Notes: generated by a model not told the origin, from the sequence alone. A stretch of 63,950 nucleotides of DNA, filler included, from Barthelona sp. PAP020 (GCA_040182905.1; 10 parts of 10 records of this genome joined end to end with filler, not necessarily neighbours in it), one strand, 5' to 3'; counted from the whole stretch's first letter, positions 44,350-55,738 are shown. Numbers and translations are program-made.

Positions 44350-45786
44350 TTAATAATCATCTTCAAATTCTTCATTAAAATCATCAACAAATTCTTCATC
44401 GAAATCATCATCATGATTGTCTTCATCACTGTTTGCTTCTTTGACATATTCATTTTTTGAAAAATCAATGTTGCCATCATCAACTGTTTTAAACGCCGTT
44501 TCAACATCGATAATTTCCATACCTTTCTTTAATTCTGCTTCCAAAGAATTTTTAGCAACGCTTTCGTCAATTACAACAATATTTTTGCCATTCATTTCTA
44601 CATCAGAATCATATGATACAAACGCTACTTCATCTTTATTTATCTTTGTATTTTCTTCTTCTTCCTCTTGATTTTTTCGTAAAATACATGTAAAATCAAC
44701 ATTAAATTCAACGCTGCGGTTTAGATCAAGATGTTCATTGTCAATATCATCATAATGGTGTATCTCATCATCTGAAACATTTTCTTTATTTGCAACAATA
44801 CCAGAAAACTCATCAATATTGGTATTGGTATTATTAGCTTTAATTTTTTGATTGTTAACAACATGATTTTCATTTATGGAATTTGAATCATTTTTCAATG
44901 AATATGTTGCAGGAAATGTGTTGTCTCCATTCGATGTTTCAATTATTTCAAGATTCAACTGATCATTTTCAGTTTCGTATGTATTTTTTTTGCGTTTATT
45001 GTGCATATTGGACTTTCTTCCACCCTTTTTATGTATTTTGTATTTATCAAAACCAGATTCATCAAACCATCTTGACAATTCAACATTGACATCATATTCT
45101 CTAATAATTGATAAAAAAGCTCGACGTTTTCCAGTATTTGTTACATTTATCGCATCTTTAAAAGCTTCATCCATAACTCTAATAAACTCATCATCTTTAA
45201 ATAGAGAATCTTTTAAAATGCGTCCCATTAAAGCAGATCTCAATTGATCACCTGTATTAAATTTATAAAAATCGATTTCTGCTTTTTGAAGATCAACTGC
45301 ATCAGCTGACGAATGAATACGATTGTTCAAAACTTTTCGAACACCACCAGATACTCTATTAATATTGTAAAACTCAGTGGAGCTAGAATGACTATTTACA
45401 CTGTTTCTTCCAGGTTTTTTTCCTATTATTTGCAATCCATTGGAAACAATTATTTTTTGAGGAGAATGTTTTATTTGAACCGGATACACTTTGGCATCAT
45501 AAATATCCTTTTTACGATCACCCATGGTTTTGGGTTTGGTTATTTTTTGATGTAACAATTTCAATCGCTTTTCATGTTCCATTTCCTCATAAGATTTGTG
45601 CTGGTTTCTTTGAGCAAATTTTTTGTTTTTTGGTTGTTGTTTACCTTTAAAAGGACTTCGATTATTTTCATTTGTCATTTGAATGTTACTCTTTGCATTA
45701 TGTATGGCTTTGTTATGAAAATTCATGTGTTTTAACAATAAATATTGTCCTCCAACATTGTGACTATCAGGATTAAACTGACTCAT
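44350..45786 (-). CDS. Hypothetical protein, weak SPATA7-like motifs, acidic tail
   Basis: GQYLLLKHMNFHNKAIHNAKSNI and ILKDSLF...EAF are reminiscent of SPATA7; tentative. Confidence 0.6.
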   Translation of the reverse strand: MSQFNPDSHNVGGQYLLLKHMNFHNKAIHNAKSNIQMTNENNRSPFKGKQQPKNKKFAQRNQHKSYEEMEHEKRLKLLHQKITKPKTMGDRKKDIYDAKVYPVQIKHSPQKIIVSNGLQIIGKKPGRNSVNSHSSSTEFYNINRVSGGVRKVLNNRIHSSADAVDLQKAEIDFYKFNTGDQLRSALMGRILKDSLFKDDEFIRVMDEAFKDAINVTNTGKRRAFLSIIREYDVNVELSRWFDESGFDKYKIHKKGGRKSNMHNKRKKNTYETENDQLNLEIIETSNGDNTFPATYSLKNDSNSINENHVVNNQKIKANNTNTNIDEFSGIVANKENVSDDEIHHYDDIDNEHLDLNRSVEFNVDFTCILRKNQEEEEENTKINKDEVAFVSYDSDVEMNGKNIVVIDESVAKNSLEAELKKGMEIIDVETAFKTVDDGNIDFSKNEYVKEANSDEDNHDDDFDEEFVDDFNEEFEDDY

Positions 45787-45965
45787 TTGTTTTTTGGGTA
45801 GTCAAAAAAAGAAAAACAATGATTGATTTAAAATTTTTATATCCTTCAAATATCCTTTGATATCCGCTTTGCATTGAATATATAAAATTTTTTCAAGACA
45901 AGAACAAGTAAAGACACAATTTAAAAAAAATCATTCATTTTTTTTTTTGGAATAATTGTTTATGA

Positions 45966-46300
45966 ATGTGTAACGGAATATATTCAACGAAAAATCCTTC
46001 AAAACAGTTGGTTTTATTGTTAATATTTGGAGTTTTTTCAACTTTTTTAATGTTTCATCTTTGGAAACCCCAAAGAATTGATATGATTTCAAATGAAAAA
46101 ATTATAACAGAAGAATTGTGGAGAAATGATTCGTACAGACAAACTGAATCCAATTTTAGTTGTGATTCCGGGAAAGATATTTTTTTGAAGACAGAATTAA
46201 TTGGAGTTCACAGAAACAATATACTTCCACGGCATTTACCTAGTTGTTTACATTCCACAGATACGATTTTACCTTTTTATAATGAAATTCGTGATCGTAT
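45966..46300 (+). CDS. Type II membrane protein, 5' fragment
   Basis: Short N-terminus plus one TM helix; cut by the linker. Confidence 0.55.
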
Positions 46301-46400
46301 NNNNNNNNNNNNNNNNNNNNNNNNNNNNNNNNNNNNNNNNNNNNTTAATTAATTAANNNNNNNNNNNNNNNNNNNNNNNNNNNNNNNNNNNNNNNNNNNN
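46301..46400. other. Artificial contig linker
   Basis: N-TTAATTAATTAA-N. Confidence 0.99.
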
Positions 46401-46621
46401 TAATCGATTCAGGTTCAATTAAAAGGGTACCAATTTTTCTCTCTGAAGCAACAACAACACCATCAACAGCTAATCATTAGTTTTACAAGTTAAAAATATT
46501 AATATATACCCCTAATTCCAATGGAACAATGACCACTCGCAACGGCAGCCATAGCATTATCGAGTTGGCCTAATTTTCCTGAAGGAGAAAATGTAGTTAA
46601 AGAAAATGAATAATCGGACAT
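46401..46621 (-). CDS. PSMA2: 20S proteasome alpha-2 subunit, 5' fragment (missed by ORF track); 2 exons
   Basis: [49 protein letters not shown]. Confidence 0.92.
46470..46509 (-). other. Spliceosomal intron, 40 nt
   Basis: GTATAT...AACTAATGATTAG, phase 1. Confidence 0.92.
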
Positions 46622-46849
46622 TGTATCGGACAGAAAAAAGTTTGGAATGAGAATTTCAATAAAATTATTCACAGCCCATTTATTTGACTATTTATTGTTA
46701 TAAGAGTACATTTGAATGAATATTTAATATCTGTTTTCAAAAAATTGCTCCTCTTCATTTTCTGAGAAAATGAAGCTTTAATTACTACTTTTTTAAAAGA
46801 AGACTCAAAGAAACGAACAAAATAAATTGAATGGAACAGTTTGAATCTT

Positions 46850-47806
46850 TTAAAAGTTTCTTTGAATTCCACTTGCCTCATCTACCTTTTCAGTTGGGAA
46901 AGATTCTATTTTTGATGGTTTTGACGTTCTTAAAAGCTCAAGAACATCAACATTGTGGTTTCTTAACGCAATTTCAAAAGCAGTTTCATTTGATTTATTG
47001 GTAATTGAAACATCAGCACCTGCAGCAATTAACAATTCAATTGCTTCAGGATTTGATGCGGCAGCATAATGAAGAGGAGTATTTCCCCATGTATCTCTAA
47101 CATCAATGGTTGCACCAACTTGAATCAAATATTCTGTGGCTATTTTACATCTTTTTGCAGCTAAATGCAATAAATATCTATTATGATGATCATGAGATTC
47201 AATATTACAGTCATTATCGATAAGAATTTTGAGCGCGGCCGTATTGTATTCAGCAGCAAGCAATGAAGGGGAATAACCATCTATCGTTTCAACATCAAGG
47301 TTTGTTTCTTTATGTTGACATAAAATTTCAGTGCAAATTTCATCATGCATAACACTTTCATGTAGTGGGGCAAATCCGTAATAATCGGTTACATTCGGGT
47401 TTAACCCATGGTTTAATAATTTTTCCAAAGAATCGGGATAATAAGTTGCCGCTTCATGAAGACAAGTTCCTCCCAAAACATTTCTCAAATCTCCTCTGGC
47501 TCCATATTGAAACAAAGTATCAATTATTGAGACATTTTTACACGCTGCAACATGTAAAACGGTTGAATACACTTGACCTTCAAGATTTATATTGGGGTTA
47601 ACACCAAGTTCTAGTAAAGTAACAACAGCTTTATTACAGCAATGCTCAACGGCAATAAAAAGAGGATATGGGTGTAATGCATTCAAATGACTGGGTAATT
47701 CAATTTCTTCTTCCAGAATATCCAAATTATCTTTTGCAATTGAATATATTTCATCTGGGTTATCATTTAAGATAGCCAAACATAGTTTAACAGCCAGTAA
47801 TGACAT
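46850..47806 (-). CDS. Ankyrin-repeat protein
   Basis: Divergent repeats TVLHVAA, TCLHEAA, APLHES, GNTPLHYAA. Confidence 0.88.
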   Translation of the reverse strand: MSLLAVKLCLAILNDNPDEIYSIAKDNLDILEEEIELPSHLNALHPYPLFIAVEHCCNKAVVTLLELGVNPNINLEGQVYSTVLHVAACKNVSIIDTLFQYGARGDLRNVLGGTCLHEAATYYPDSLEKLLNHGLNPNVTDYYGFAPLHESVMHDEICTEILCQHKETNLDVETIDGYSPSLLAAEYNTAALKILIDNDCNIESHDHHNRYLLHLAAKRCKIATEYLIQVGATIDVRDTWGNTPLHYAAASNPEAIELLIAAGADVSITNKSNETAFEIALRNHNVDVLELLRTSKPSKIESFPTEKVDEASGIQRNF

Positions 47807-47895
47807 CAAAAAAGTGCATAAATACTGTATTGCTAATCTTAGTAAAAGTTGGCAGCTGTATAAAACAATAATATTTCTTTTTAAACTGATGCAGA

Positions 47896-48945
47896 ATGAA
47901 TGAAGATGTTTTACAAGAATATTATGAATTCTTTAGATCAATAAAATTGATAGAAGAGGAAAGGATCGATGGAAGTTGTCAAATGAAAATTTTACCTATT
48001 GTCTATTTTCATTGCTGCTTGCAAAAATACACTCAAACAGCTTTTTTGATGAAAAATAAATATTCTGGCTTTCTTAACGAAAAATGCTTTAATTCTATAG
48101 AGTTTCGAAGGGAATGCGATAATTTATTGATAAAATTTCAAATTAATGAGTTAATTGAACAAATTACCGATCAATTTAAAGACTTTTTTGAAGTGAACCC
48201 TGATATTCTGTTTTGGTTAAGAGTTTTATCTTTTTATGAAAGATTAAGCAATGGTAAATTGAAAAATTATGTAGATGAATCACATTTACAGATAAGAAAA
48301 GATTTTGTTGAATGTTTTAAACCCTTCATTTGTCAATTTCGTTTTGAGTTGGTTCAAATCTGTGCCCTATTTATAAATGATAATTTTCCACCAATTTTTG
48401 AGCAAATTAAAATAAACAATGAAAATGAGAAGTGTCCACTAGATTTTATCAGCTCAAAATTGCATGATTTAAGAAAACATATCGATTTTTTGCTAATGAT
48501 GTTTTATATGGACATAAAAAGAGATGAAATTCCCAAATATTACAATGTTGGCACAATTAATCAGTTATATAATGATTCAATTTTTGTGCAAATCTGTTTT
48601 GAACAACATAAAGAACAACAAATTGCAAATGAAAGGGAACTTTTGGATTCTAGGGGGGATGAAAACGGTATTGAACAGGAAAATATGTTGATTCCAGAAC
48701 TAACTAATCAACAGCAATTAAGAGATGCACAAAGGCGAACCCCAACACCGAACTTGGATAGTGGAGATATTTTACAAATAATGCTCAATGAAGAGGATGT
48801 TGCAGTGGAAACCACTCAAAACGAATTTGATCAGGCAGTTGATAATATTGCAAATGAGTTAATTCAGGGTGAAATCATTGAACGAATAATCGTTAGAGTG
48901 TACAGTGACACTGACAGTGAGCAAAACCATTCAACAAATGTATGA
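47896..48945 (+). CDS. Hypothetical protein
   Basis: 349-aa ORF, no recognised family. Confidence 0.6.
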   Translation: MNEDVLQEYYEFFRSIKLIEEERIDGSCQMKILPIVYFHCCLQKYTQTAFLMKNKYSGFLNEKCFNSIEFRRECDNLLIKFQINELIEQITDQFKDFFEVNPDILFWLRVLSFYERLSNGKLKNYVDESHLQIRKDFVECFKPFICQFRFELVQICALFINDNFPPIFEQIKINNENEKCPLDFISSKLHDLRKHIDFLLMMFYMDIKRDEIPKYYNVGTINQLYNDSIFVQICFEQHKEQQIANERELLDSRGDENGIEQENMLIPELTNQQQLRDAQRRTPTPNLDSGDILQIMLNEEDVAVETTQNEFDQAVDNIANELIQGEIIERIIVRVYSDTDSEQNHSTNV

Positions 48946-48990
48946 ATCAGATCAAGCAAAAAAAAAAAAAGGTTTTTTTCGCCCACAAAT

Positions 48991-49542
48991 TTACATCACA
49001 TTGCAACAAGCTCCATTGTTGTCACTATTTAAGTTCCTAATTTCCCGAACTAATTGAGAAAATGAATCACTAACATTTATGTCAGCCTTAGCTGAACACA
49101 AAAAATGTGGCACGTTATTTAATCGTGCCACTTCTAAACCTGCATTTTCAGTAACAATAATTTCTCCTTTTGATACATCAATTTTGTTTTGAACCAAGAC
49201 TATGGGAACTTTTTCCATATCAAACTTGGCATTATATATGCTTCTAAAAACTTTTTTTGCTTCTTGAAGACTTTTAGGTGAAGTACAATCATATAGAACA
49301 AGAAAAGCATCACCTTCTCGAATTGAAGAATTTCTAATTCCAAATAGAGAGTCTTGTCCAGCGGTATCTATAATATTTAAATTAACCGGAATATCATCCA
49401 CTACATAAGAAAAAGAAAATGTATCGCTGATGGTTGGATCGTAACACTCATTAAAATCACCCAATACAAACCTTTTTGCCATCGATGTTTTTCCACTTCC
49501 TGCATATCCCAGCAAAACAATCTTATAGGTCTCTGTTGTCAT
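48991..49542 (-). CDS. Ras-family small GTPase (Ras/Rap-like)
   Basis: GYAGSGKT, YDPTI, DTAGQ, NKID, SAK, CaaX CNVM. Confidence 0.93.
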   Translation of the reverse strand: MTTETYKIVLLGYAGSGKTSMAKRFVLGDFNECYDPTISDTFSFSYVVDDIPVNLNIIDTAGQDSLFGIRNSSIREGDAFLVLYDCTSPKSLQEAKKVFRSIYNAKFDMEKVPIVLVQNKIDVSKGEIIVTENAGLEVARLNNVPHFLCSAKADINVSDSFSQLVREIRNLNSDNNGACCNVM

Positions 49543-49600
49543 TTCAAAAAATGGGTAAAAGTGTTTTTGGTTTTCATTTCAAAAAATATTTTTTTTTAAT

Positions 49601-49909
49601 ATGAACTTTCGTGTATTTAATTAATAATGAACAATTACTAATATTTAGAGTGCTGAACAGAATAAGGATGAATTCCGCAAATATTTAACCAATGGCAATG
49701 TTATTGATGCAATTACTAAAACATTGGTTGAATTGTATGAATGTGAAAGTAAACCTGAAAAACCAATTGATTTCGTCGCTGAACGTTTGACCTCTCATAC
49801 CGAATTTTCTGTTAATGAATTGAAAGAGGAAAACGAATTGTTAAGAGAGCGCATTGAACAATTAACCAAGGAAAATATGTCTTTGAAACAAAGATTGGGT
49901 GAAGCTTAA
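49601..49909 (+). CDS. MYCBP: c-Myc-binding protein (AMY-1) homolog; 2 exons
   Basis: MNFR|SAEQNKDEFRKYLTNGNVIDAITKTLVELYECESKPEKPIDFV. Confidence 0.88.
49613..49648 (+). other. Spliceosomal intron, 36 nt
   Basis: GTATTT...TTACTAATATTTAG; contains an in-frame TAA. Confidence 0.88.
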
Positions 49910-50182
49910 AGGTGTTTTGAAGTAAGTCACTTTTTATATTTTTGTTTGAAATGGACAATTTGTATTGTTTGATAAACTGTAGTTATTCTTATTTGCATAT
50001 TTTTTTTTGGTGTTTTTAGAATTTCATTTGATTTTATGAAACGAAAAATATTGATTCTGTCAACAATTTTTGAAAGCTACCTTTCATTGATTGATTTTGA
50101 ATTGAAAAATTTACACTTTAGTCAAATGATTAAGCACAGAAACCATAAATTTTTTTAAAGGAAACAATTTTTTTTTTTGACC

Positions 50183-51094
50183 ATGCATCTATATCATTTT
50201 TTAATCGGCTTGATTTTTTTCTCAATTGCATTAGGGTTGGTTGACTTATGTAATAATAGTGATCCTGGCTTACCTGAATTGCCTAATCTATCCGAACTTG
50301 CCAAAGATTCAAATGAACTCATACCAGCTATTATTGTCAGTGGTTTTACCGATGGATTTCAAATAGAAAGATTAATTGCATCCATTGATTATCCTGTTGG
50401 ACAGATTTTTATTGCACGCAACACACCTGATGAAGGATTATTGTGTGTTTGCAATCGTTTACAACAAAAATATCCTGGATTAGTTCAAATTAAGATATTT
50501 GGTGAGCCCATAGGTAATGCTGGTGCTATTAATGACATAATTATCACACACAAACCTGTTTGGTCATTAATTGTACCTCAAGAAGCTGTTTTTGCACCAG
50601 GTAGTTTGAAAAAAATGTATGAAATTGTTAAGAAGAACCCTAAAAAGATTGTATACTCTAAGGATACTGTTGGAGTTTTTGTTTTACCAAAGGTTGTATT
50701 TGATCAAGCTGGTATGCTTGATGAAAACCTTTTTCCTAGGTTTTGTGAAGGAGCTGATTACATGCAAAGGGCGAAAAGATTGAATTTTGGACCTATTGAA
50801 GGCGATTTTGAGGTAAAGATTGATATGGATACTCCAGAAACAAAACAATTAAGAGATGAGGAATATTTGTCAATGCTCGCCAGAGGATATCGTTGTGAAA
50901 TGTATTTAAAATCTAAATGGGGAGAGAATTATGAATATGAAAAGCCTTTTGACATAGAGGAGGCTCCTGTTAGTTTTTGGAAATATGAGATAGCAAGAAG
51001 ATATTTTATTCAATGGGGTGTTTTACGAAATATGCACAAATTTGAAAGATTATCAACTGTTTTAGATTTGGTTGAGCACTGTGAAGCCGCTTAA
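50183..51094 (+). CDS. GT-A fold (GT2-like) glycosyltransferase-like protein with signal peptide
   Basis: RLIASIDYPV, GNAGAIN, FAPGSL, GMLDENLFPRFCEGADY, YLKSKWG, YEKPF. Confidence 0.7.
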   Translation: MHLYHFLIGLIFFSIALGLVDLCNNSDPGLPELPNLSELAKDSNELIPAIIVSGFTDGFQIERLIASIDYPVGQIFIARNTPDEGLLCVCNRLQQKYPGLVQIKIFGEPIGNAGAINDIIITHKPVWSLIVPQEAVFAPGSLKKMYEIVKKNPKKIVYSKDTVGVFVLPKVVFDQAGMLDENLFPRFCEGADYMQRAKRLNFGPIEGDFEVKIDMDTPETKQLRDEEYLSMLARGYRCEMYLKSKWGENYEYEKPFDIEEAPVSFWKYEIARRYFIQWGVLRNMHKFERLSTVLDLVEHCEAA

Positions 51095-51201
51095 ACTGCT
51101 TGCACAAAAATATAAAGATATTTTCCATCATTTTTCTTCAACAATAAAAATTCAAAAGTTGGTAGTTACATTTACAAATATACAATTTTTTTTTCATTAA
51201 A

Positions 51202-52474
51202 TCAAAAGATGTTGCTGTTGGCTGCCAAAATCATCAATTGATCATATGCTCTTGTGAAATCACCACTACTTCCACGAAAGAGGATGAATTCCAAGGCAAA
51301 TATATGATTTTTTGAATCTTCAATTGTTTTCAGGGCTATTTGAACATTTGAAATTTTTTTGAAAATCAAAAGATATACATCTGACAGGTCTTTCAATGAG
51401 TAAAAATCAATGTATGTGTCCATCGAAAGATCATAAAAAAACTCAAAAATATCCTTCTCGCTTTTATGAGTGCACCAGAATCTGTTATTTTTACAACTAT
51501 TTACTTCATTTATCAAATGGAAGACTGTAAAGAAATTTAGTTCTTTTATTTTCAAGCTCACGATATTGAACATTGAAATATTTAGATTCAAACTTATTTC
51601 ATCAATTAAAGTTTTCCGGTCTATTATTGGAATATTCATAGTAGAACAGATATATCCTTTTAAAGATTCATGATTCAAAATTTCTTCAACTGTTGGACGG
51701 CTCATTGGATCTACAGTAAGGCATCTGCGGATCAAATCTTTTAGATCTTCTGGAATATTATCTGGGATTGAATAATTTCCAGTAATAATAGATGAATAAA
51801 GTATTTGTTTGTTTGCATCTCGAAACGGCATCTTCTTAACAGTTAAACAGTATAAAACTACACCTAAAGACCATACATCAGCAAACCATGGATTATATTG
51901 TTGTGCCATCAATATCTCAGGAGCACAATAATAAGCAGAACCTAAAATGGTACTTGTAAACTGTGAATCGTCCATTGATTTTGCCATACCAAAATCACTT
52001 ACCCTTATCTCATTGTTTTCAGTAAGTAACACATTATCTAATTTGATATCACGATGAACAATTTTATTTTTATGACAATAATAAATAGCATCACAAATAT
52101 GAGCAAAAATAGATCTACATTCATCATAATCAATAATATTATTCTGTAAATAGTCTGTCAATGATCCCTTTGAACAATATTCTAACACTAAATAAGTGTT
52201 ATGAGATGAATTTAAAATGCTATATAATTTAACAATGGAAGGATGACTAATTTTCGTTAACATAGTGCATTCTCTTAAAAATGCTTTTTGTGATAATGGA
52301 CATGTTTTAGGAATTTTTTTTAATGCAAATAGTTCACCATTTCTACGGTCTTCTGTCAAATATACTAATAAAATTAGAAAAATTGAAAAGAACAAATAAA
52401 AAACCTTCGCCTTGTCCTCCTTTTCCAATTGAGTGAAGAAAGACATAATTATCAACTTTTTTTCTTTTTTGCAT
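51202..52474 (-). CDS. CAMK-group (SNF1/MARK-like) Ser/Thr kinase; 2 exons
   Basis: Splicing gives MQKRKKVDNYVFLHSIGKGGQGE|VYL...FALK; HRDIKLDN, DFG, GSAYYCAPE. Confidence 0.9.
52365..52404 (-). other. Spliceosomal intron, 40 nt
   Basis: GTTTTT...TTCTAATTTTATTAG; removal restores GxGxxG. Confidence 0.85.
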
Positions 52475-52841
52475 TAATAACAGAAAAACAAAAAAAAAAG
52501 GAATAAAAGACTAGGATTTTTTCAAGCAGAAAATTCGTTCCTCTGATTATTTTAAAACAAAATTTTCATTCTACATCACATTAATATCTCCCTTTTCTTT
52601 TGTTTATTATTTTTGATTGGAAAAAGAGAATACGTTCTTTTTCGGTTATTCCGAATGAAGAAATTTAACCTTAAAAATGCCACTTTGATTCTAAATAATC
52701 ACTTGATATGAAAAATAATAAAATCGCACAAGATTTATAATTAAGGAAGGACTATAACTTCTGATTCAACAGGAATAAATACAGGTTCAAACAATATATT
52801 TTCATTGTCAAAGACTTTTGTTAAAATTGCTTCAAATTTGG

Positions 52842-52941
52842 NNNNNNNNNNNNNNNNNNNNNNNNNNNNNNNNNNNNNNNNNNNNTTAATTAATTAANNN
52901 NNNNNNNNNNNNNNNNNNNNNNNNNNNNNNNNNNNNNNNNN
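52842..52941. other. Artificial contig linker
   Basis: N-TTAATTAATTAA-N. Confidence 0.99.
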
Positions 52942-53102
52942 CTGAGACCAGAAGTACCAAAATTGATTCTCTCACCAAATCTCTCAATTAATTCTTCAGT
53001 ATTATTGGTTTCAATTAATTTTTCAACTTCATTTTTGGTTTTCTCATTTTGATCTAATCTCAACCAGGTTTCAATTGAATTTTGAATTTTCTCTGTTAGC
53101 AT
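52942..53102 (-). CDS. PGM2: Phosphoglucomutase-2/phosphopentomutase, 5' fragment
   Basis: WLRLDQN...EL..RFGERINFGTSGL. Confidence 0.8.
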
Positions 53103-53387
53103 TGTATTAATTATGTAAAAAAATATAAGTTAGAAAGAAAGACAGGTATTAAAGAGTCAATTCAATCGGTTTCCATTATCTCAAGTTAATTTTATTTTCT
53201 CATTTTTTCCTTCAGATAATTTTGATTGATTGATGGTATATTTAAGTTGAATCATTTCGTATGACATTTTGTCATTTGAAAAAATGGAAGGTTGAAATTG
53301 TGTGGTAATTTTTCCATATTTTTTTTTGTGGACCTTGTTGTTGAAATGTGAATTATGATCATCGATTTGTATTTTCTCTTTTTTTAA

Positions 53388-53885
53388 ATGAACAATAGTA
53401 TTCAAGGGGATTATAACGAACAGGGTTGGTTTTTTTATCCTACTGGAAGAGATTTGGATGGGAATATTATCGTATCCATTCATGCTTGTTATTCCAAAAA
53501 TAATGATAATTTTGAATTCATTGTTAATGCCTTTGACAAAATGTTAAAAAAGTTTTTGGAAAATCATGAAAAGATTGTTTTATTTGTAAGTTATGATAAT
53601 TTCTGTGTCTTGAAATGTAACAAATCTTTTTTTAAACATATTTTTAAGCAATACAAGCAATATTCTAATGTCTTTAGCAAAGTAATTTTCTTCAAAGCCC
53701 CTTTTTTGGTCAAAAGATATTTAAAGAAGAAAATTAGCAAGTACAACTTTTCCAAACAATCAGTTTTTTTCTATAAGAAGCATGTTGATCTCCGTGTTGA
53801 TCTTAATTGCATTGACATTGTTTTTGGTGGAAAAAAATCTTTTGTTCTTCCACAACACCTTTACAAATACCACATTGAGGCGTAA
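53388..53885 (+). CDS. CRAL-TRIO (Sec14-like) domain protein
   Basis: FYPTGRDLDGNIIV, KVIFFKAPF, FGG. Confidence 0.6.
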   Translation: MNNSIQGDYNEQGWFFYPTGRDLDGNIIVSIHACYSKNNDNFEFIVNAFDKMLKKFLENHEKIVLFVSYDNFCVLKCNKSFFKHIFKQYKQYSNVFSKVIFFKAPFLVKRYLKKKISKYNFSKQSVFFYKKHVDLRVDLNCIDIVFGGKKSFVLPQHLYKYHIEA

Positions 53886-53940
53886 AAAATTGAAATTGAG
53901 AGTTTTTTTTTGAAAAATAAAATGGGAAGTTTTATGTGAA

Positions 53941-55587
53941 TTATGCCTGGACTACTTTAACGACTGAACCGAAAGCAATGGTTGTTTGACCACTTCTGAG
54001 AACAAAACGACCAAGTTGAGGGAAGTCTTCAAATTTTTCAACACAAACATGAGAATGTGGTGTGAGAACAACAGTGACGAAATCACCACTCTTGGCGTGT
54101 GCAGAAGCACTCTTGTTTTTGTTTACTTTTTGCTTGAGTTCTCCAGTTTTTTTATCCAAGAATGCATCAATACGCTCAACAGTAACAAGAACTGATAATG
54201 CATGAATATGCATCATAAAAGTAAGACCACGTGAAAAAAGATCAATGTCAAGAAGACGTATGTTAGCCATGATTTTCTTAACCACAAGTGCAGGATGGGA
54301 AATAGCGGACAAAACGTGACCAATTGCAATATGATCATCAGGAACAGCTTTCAATTTTAATTTAACGGAAGACCCAGGAACAGCATGATCACGACTCTTT
54401 CCTTCAACAAGAATTTCAACAACTTCAGTTTCAGTTTCATCAGGCATTATAATTATTTTGCTCTTTAACTCAACACCACCAGTTTCTATACGACCAGCAA
54501 CGGTTGTCATAGTTCCTTCTCTAACAATAGAGGAAACTGGCATTCTAAAGGGAGTATCAAGTGCTTTTTTAAGAACTTCATCTGTGTAGTAGTTCTTTGA
54601 CATTAAATCAAGAAGAGAAGATCCAGTGTACCAGGGACATACATCACTATCAATAGTAACCATATTTGTTCCAGTCCAACCTGAGATTGGAACACAAGTA
54701 TAATCACGATTGGGTTTCATACCGAGTTTCTTGAAGAAAGGAACAAGGTAAGCAGTAATTTCGTTGAAACGGGTTTCATCCCAATCAATAACGTCCATTT
54801 TGTTGACAGCAATGATGAAAAATTTGATACCAAGCGTTTTAGCAATAATAGCATGTTCTTTGGTTTGGCCCTTTAAACCAGATTCAAATTCAGAACCAGA
54901 TGCAGATACAACAAGAACAGCAGTATCGGCTTGTGTTGTTCCACCTATCATATAATTGACAAGCCCAGCGTGACCGGGACAATCAAGAAGGGTAAAACGT
55001 TTATCAGCTGTTTCAAAGTAAGTTTCACCGAATTCACCGGTTTTACCTTTAGCACGTTCATTTTCATCAACATCATTAAGGTAAGCGAACTTCCAGCCCT
55101 CACGTTTTGCTGCAATAGCTTCCTTTTCTATTTCACGCATAATACGTTCATCAACATTTCCAGTTTGAACAAGCATTTGACCAGCAATAGTACTTTTTCC
55201 ATGATCAACATGACCAATCATAACAATATTATAGTGAGGTCTGCGATCCTCTTCATCAAGTTCAAAATCAATACGATAATTTTCTGCTGGAACTTTTTCT
55301 CTTTTTTCTCTTTTTGGTTTGGGTGTTTCAGCCTCTTCAACCTTAACAACATCATCAGATGGTTGTTCAATCTTTTCTTCCTTTGCTTCAATTGGTTCTG
55401 GCATAGATTCAACTTCTTTTTCCATGTCTTGTTCCCAATCAAGATTATCAACAGCAATAACTGGTTTTGGTTCGGGTTGTGGCTTTTTTTTTGTCAAAAC
55501 CTTAATTCTTGGTTTTTCTGTTGTTTTTTCAGGTTCAAAATCAAAATCCACAGCTTTGGCTGCATCCAGGTTAAACTTAAATCCCAT
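53941..55587 (-). CDS. GSPT1: Eukaryotic release factor 3 (eRF3/Sup35)
   Basis: GHVDHGKST, ERAKGKT..G..YFET, DCPGH, NKMD, FEDFPQLGRFVLR. Confidence 0.88.
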   Translation of the reverse strand: MGFKFNLDAAKAVDFDFEPEKTTEKPRIKVLTKKKPQPEPKPVIAVDNLDWEQDMEKEVESMPEPIEAKEEKIEQPSDDVVKVEEAETPKPKREKREKVPAENYRIDFELDEEDRRPHYNIVMIGHVDHGKSTIAGQMLVQTGNVDERIMREIEKEAIAAKREGWKFAYLNDVDENERAKGKTGEFGETYFETADKRFTLLDCPGHAGLVNYMIGGTTQADTAVLVVSASGSEFESGLKGQTKEHAIIAKTLGIKFFIIAVNKMDVIDWDETRFNEITAYLVPFFKKLGMKPNRDYTCVPISGWTGTNMVTIDSDVCPWYTGSSLLDLMSKNYYTDEVLKKALDTPFRMPVSSIVREGTMTTVAGRIETGGVELKSKIIIMPDETETEVVEILVEGKSRDHAVPGSSVKLKLKAVPDDHIAIGHVLSAISHPALVVKKIMANIRLLDIDLFSRGLTFMMHIHALSVLVTVERIDAFLDKKTGELKQKVNKNKSASAHAKSGDFVTVVLTPHSHVCVEKFEDFPQLGRFVLRSGQTTIAFGSVVKVVQA

Positions 55588-55738
55588 TAAAAATAAAATA
55601 AAAATGAATGTTTTTTGTCTTTGGTATTTTTACATATGCACACAATTTTTTTTTTATTGTTACTGAAATCAAATTGTAAATTATTTTAAAAAATTAAATA
55701 TTGGGGAAAAAAATAATTGTTATTATCAAAAATTTTTT

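Noticed and set aside
52365..52455. Hydrophobic N-terminus of the CAMK-like kinase suggesting a membrane kinase
   Set aside because: It is translated intron sequence; splicing gives a normal GxGxxG N-lobe.
54931..55666. Antisense and overlapping ORFs (also those inside FAM184, CEP164, TyrRS, ACSL and the kinase-ankyrin gene)
   Set aside because: Shadow frames of strongly biased real genes; F/S/I-rich translations with no motifs.
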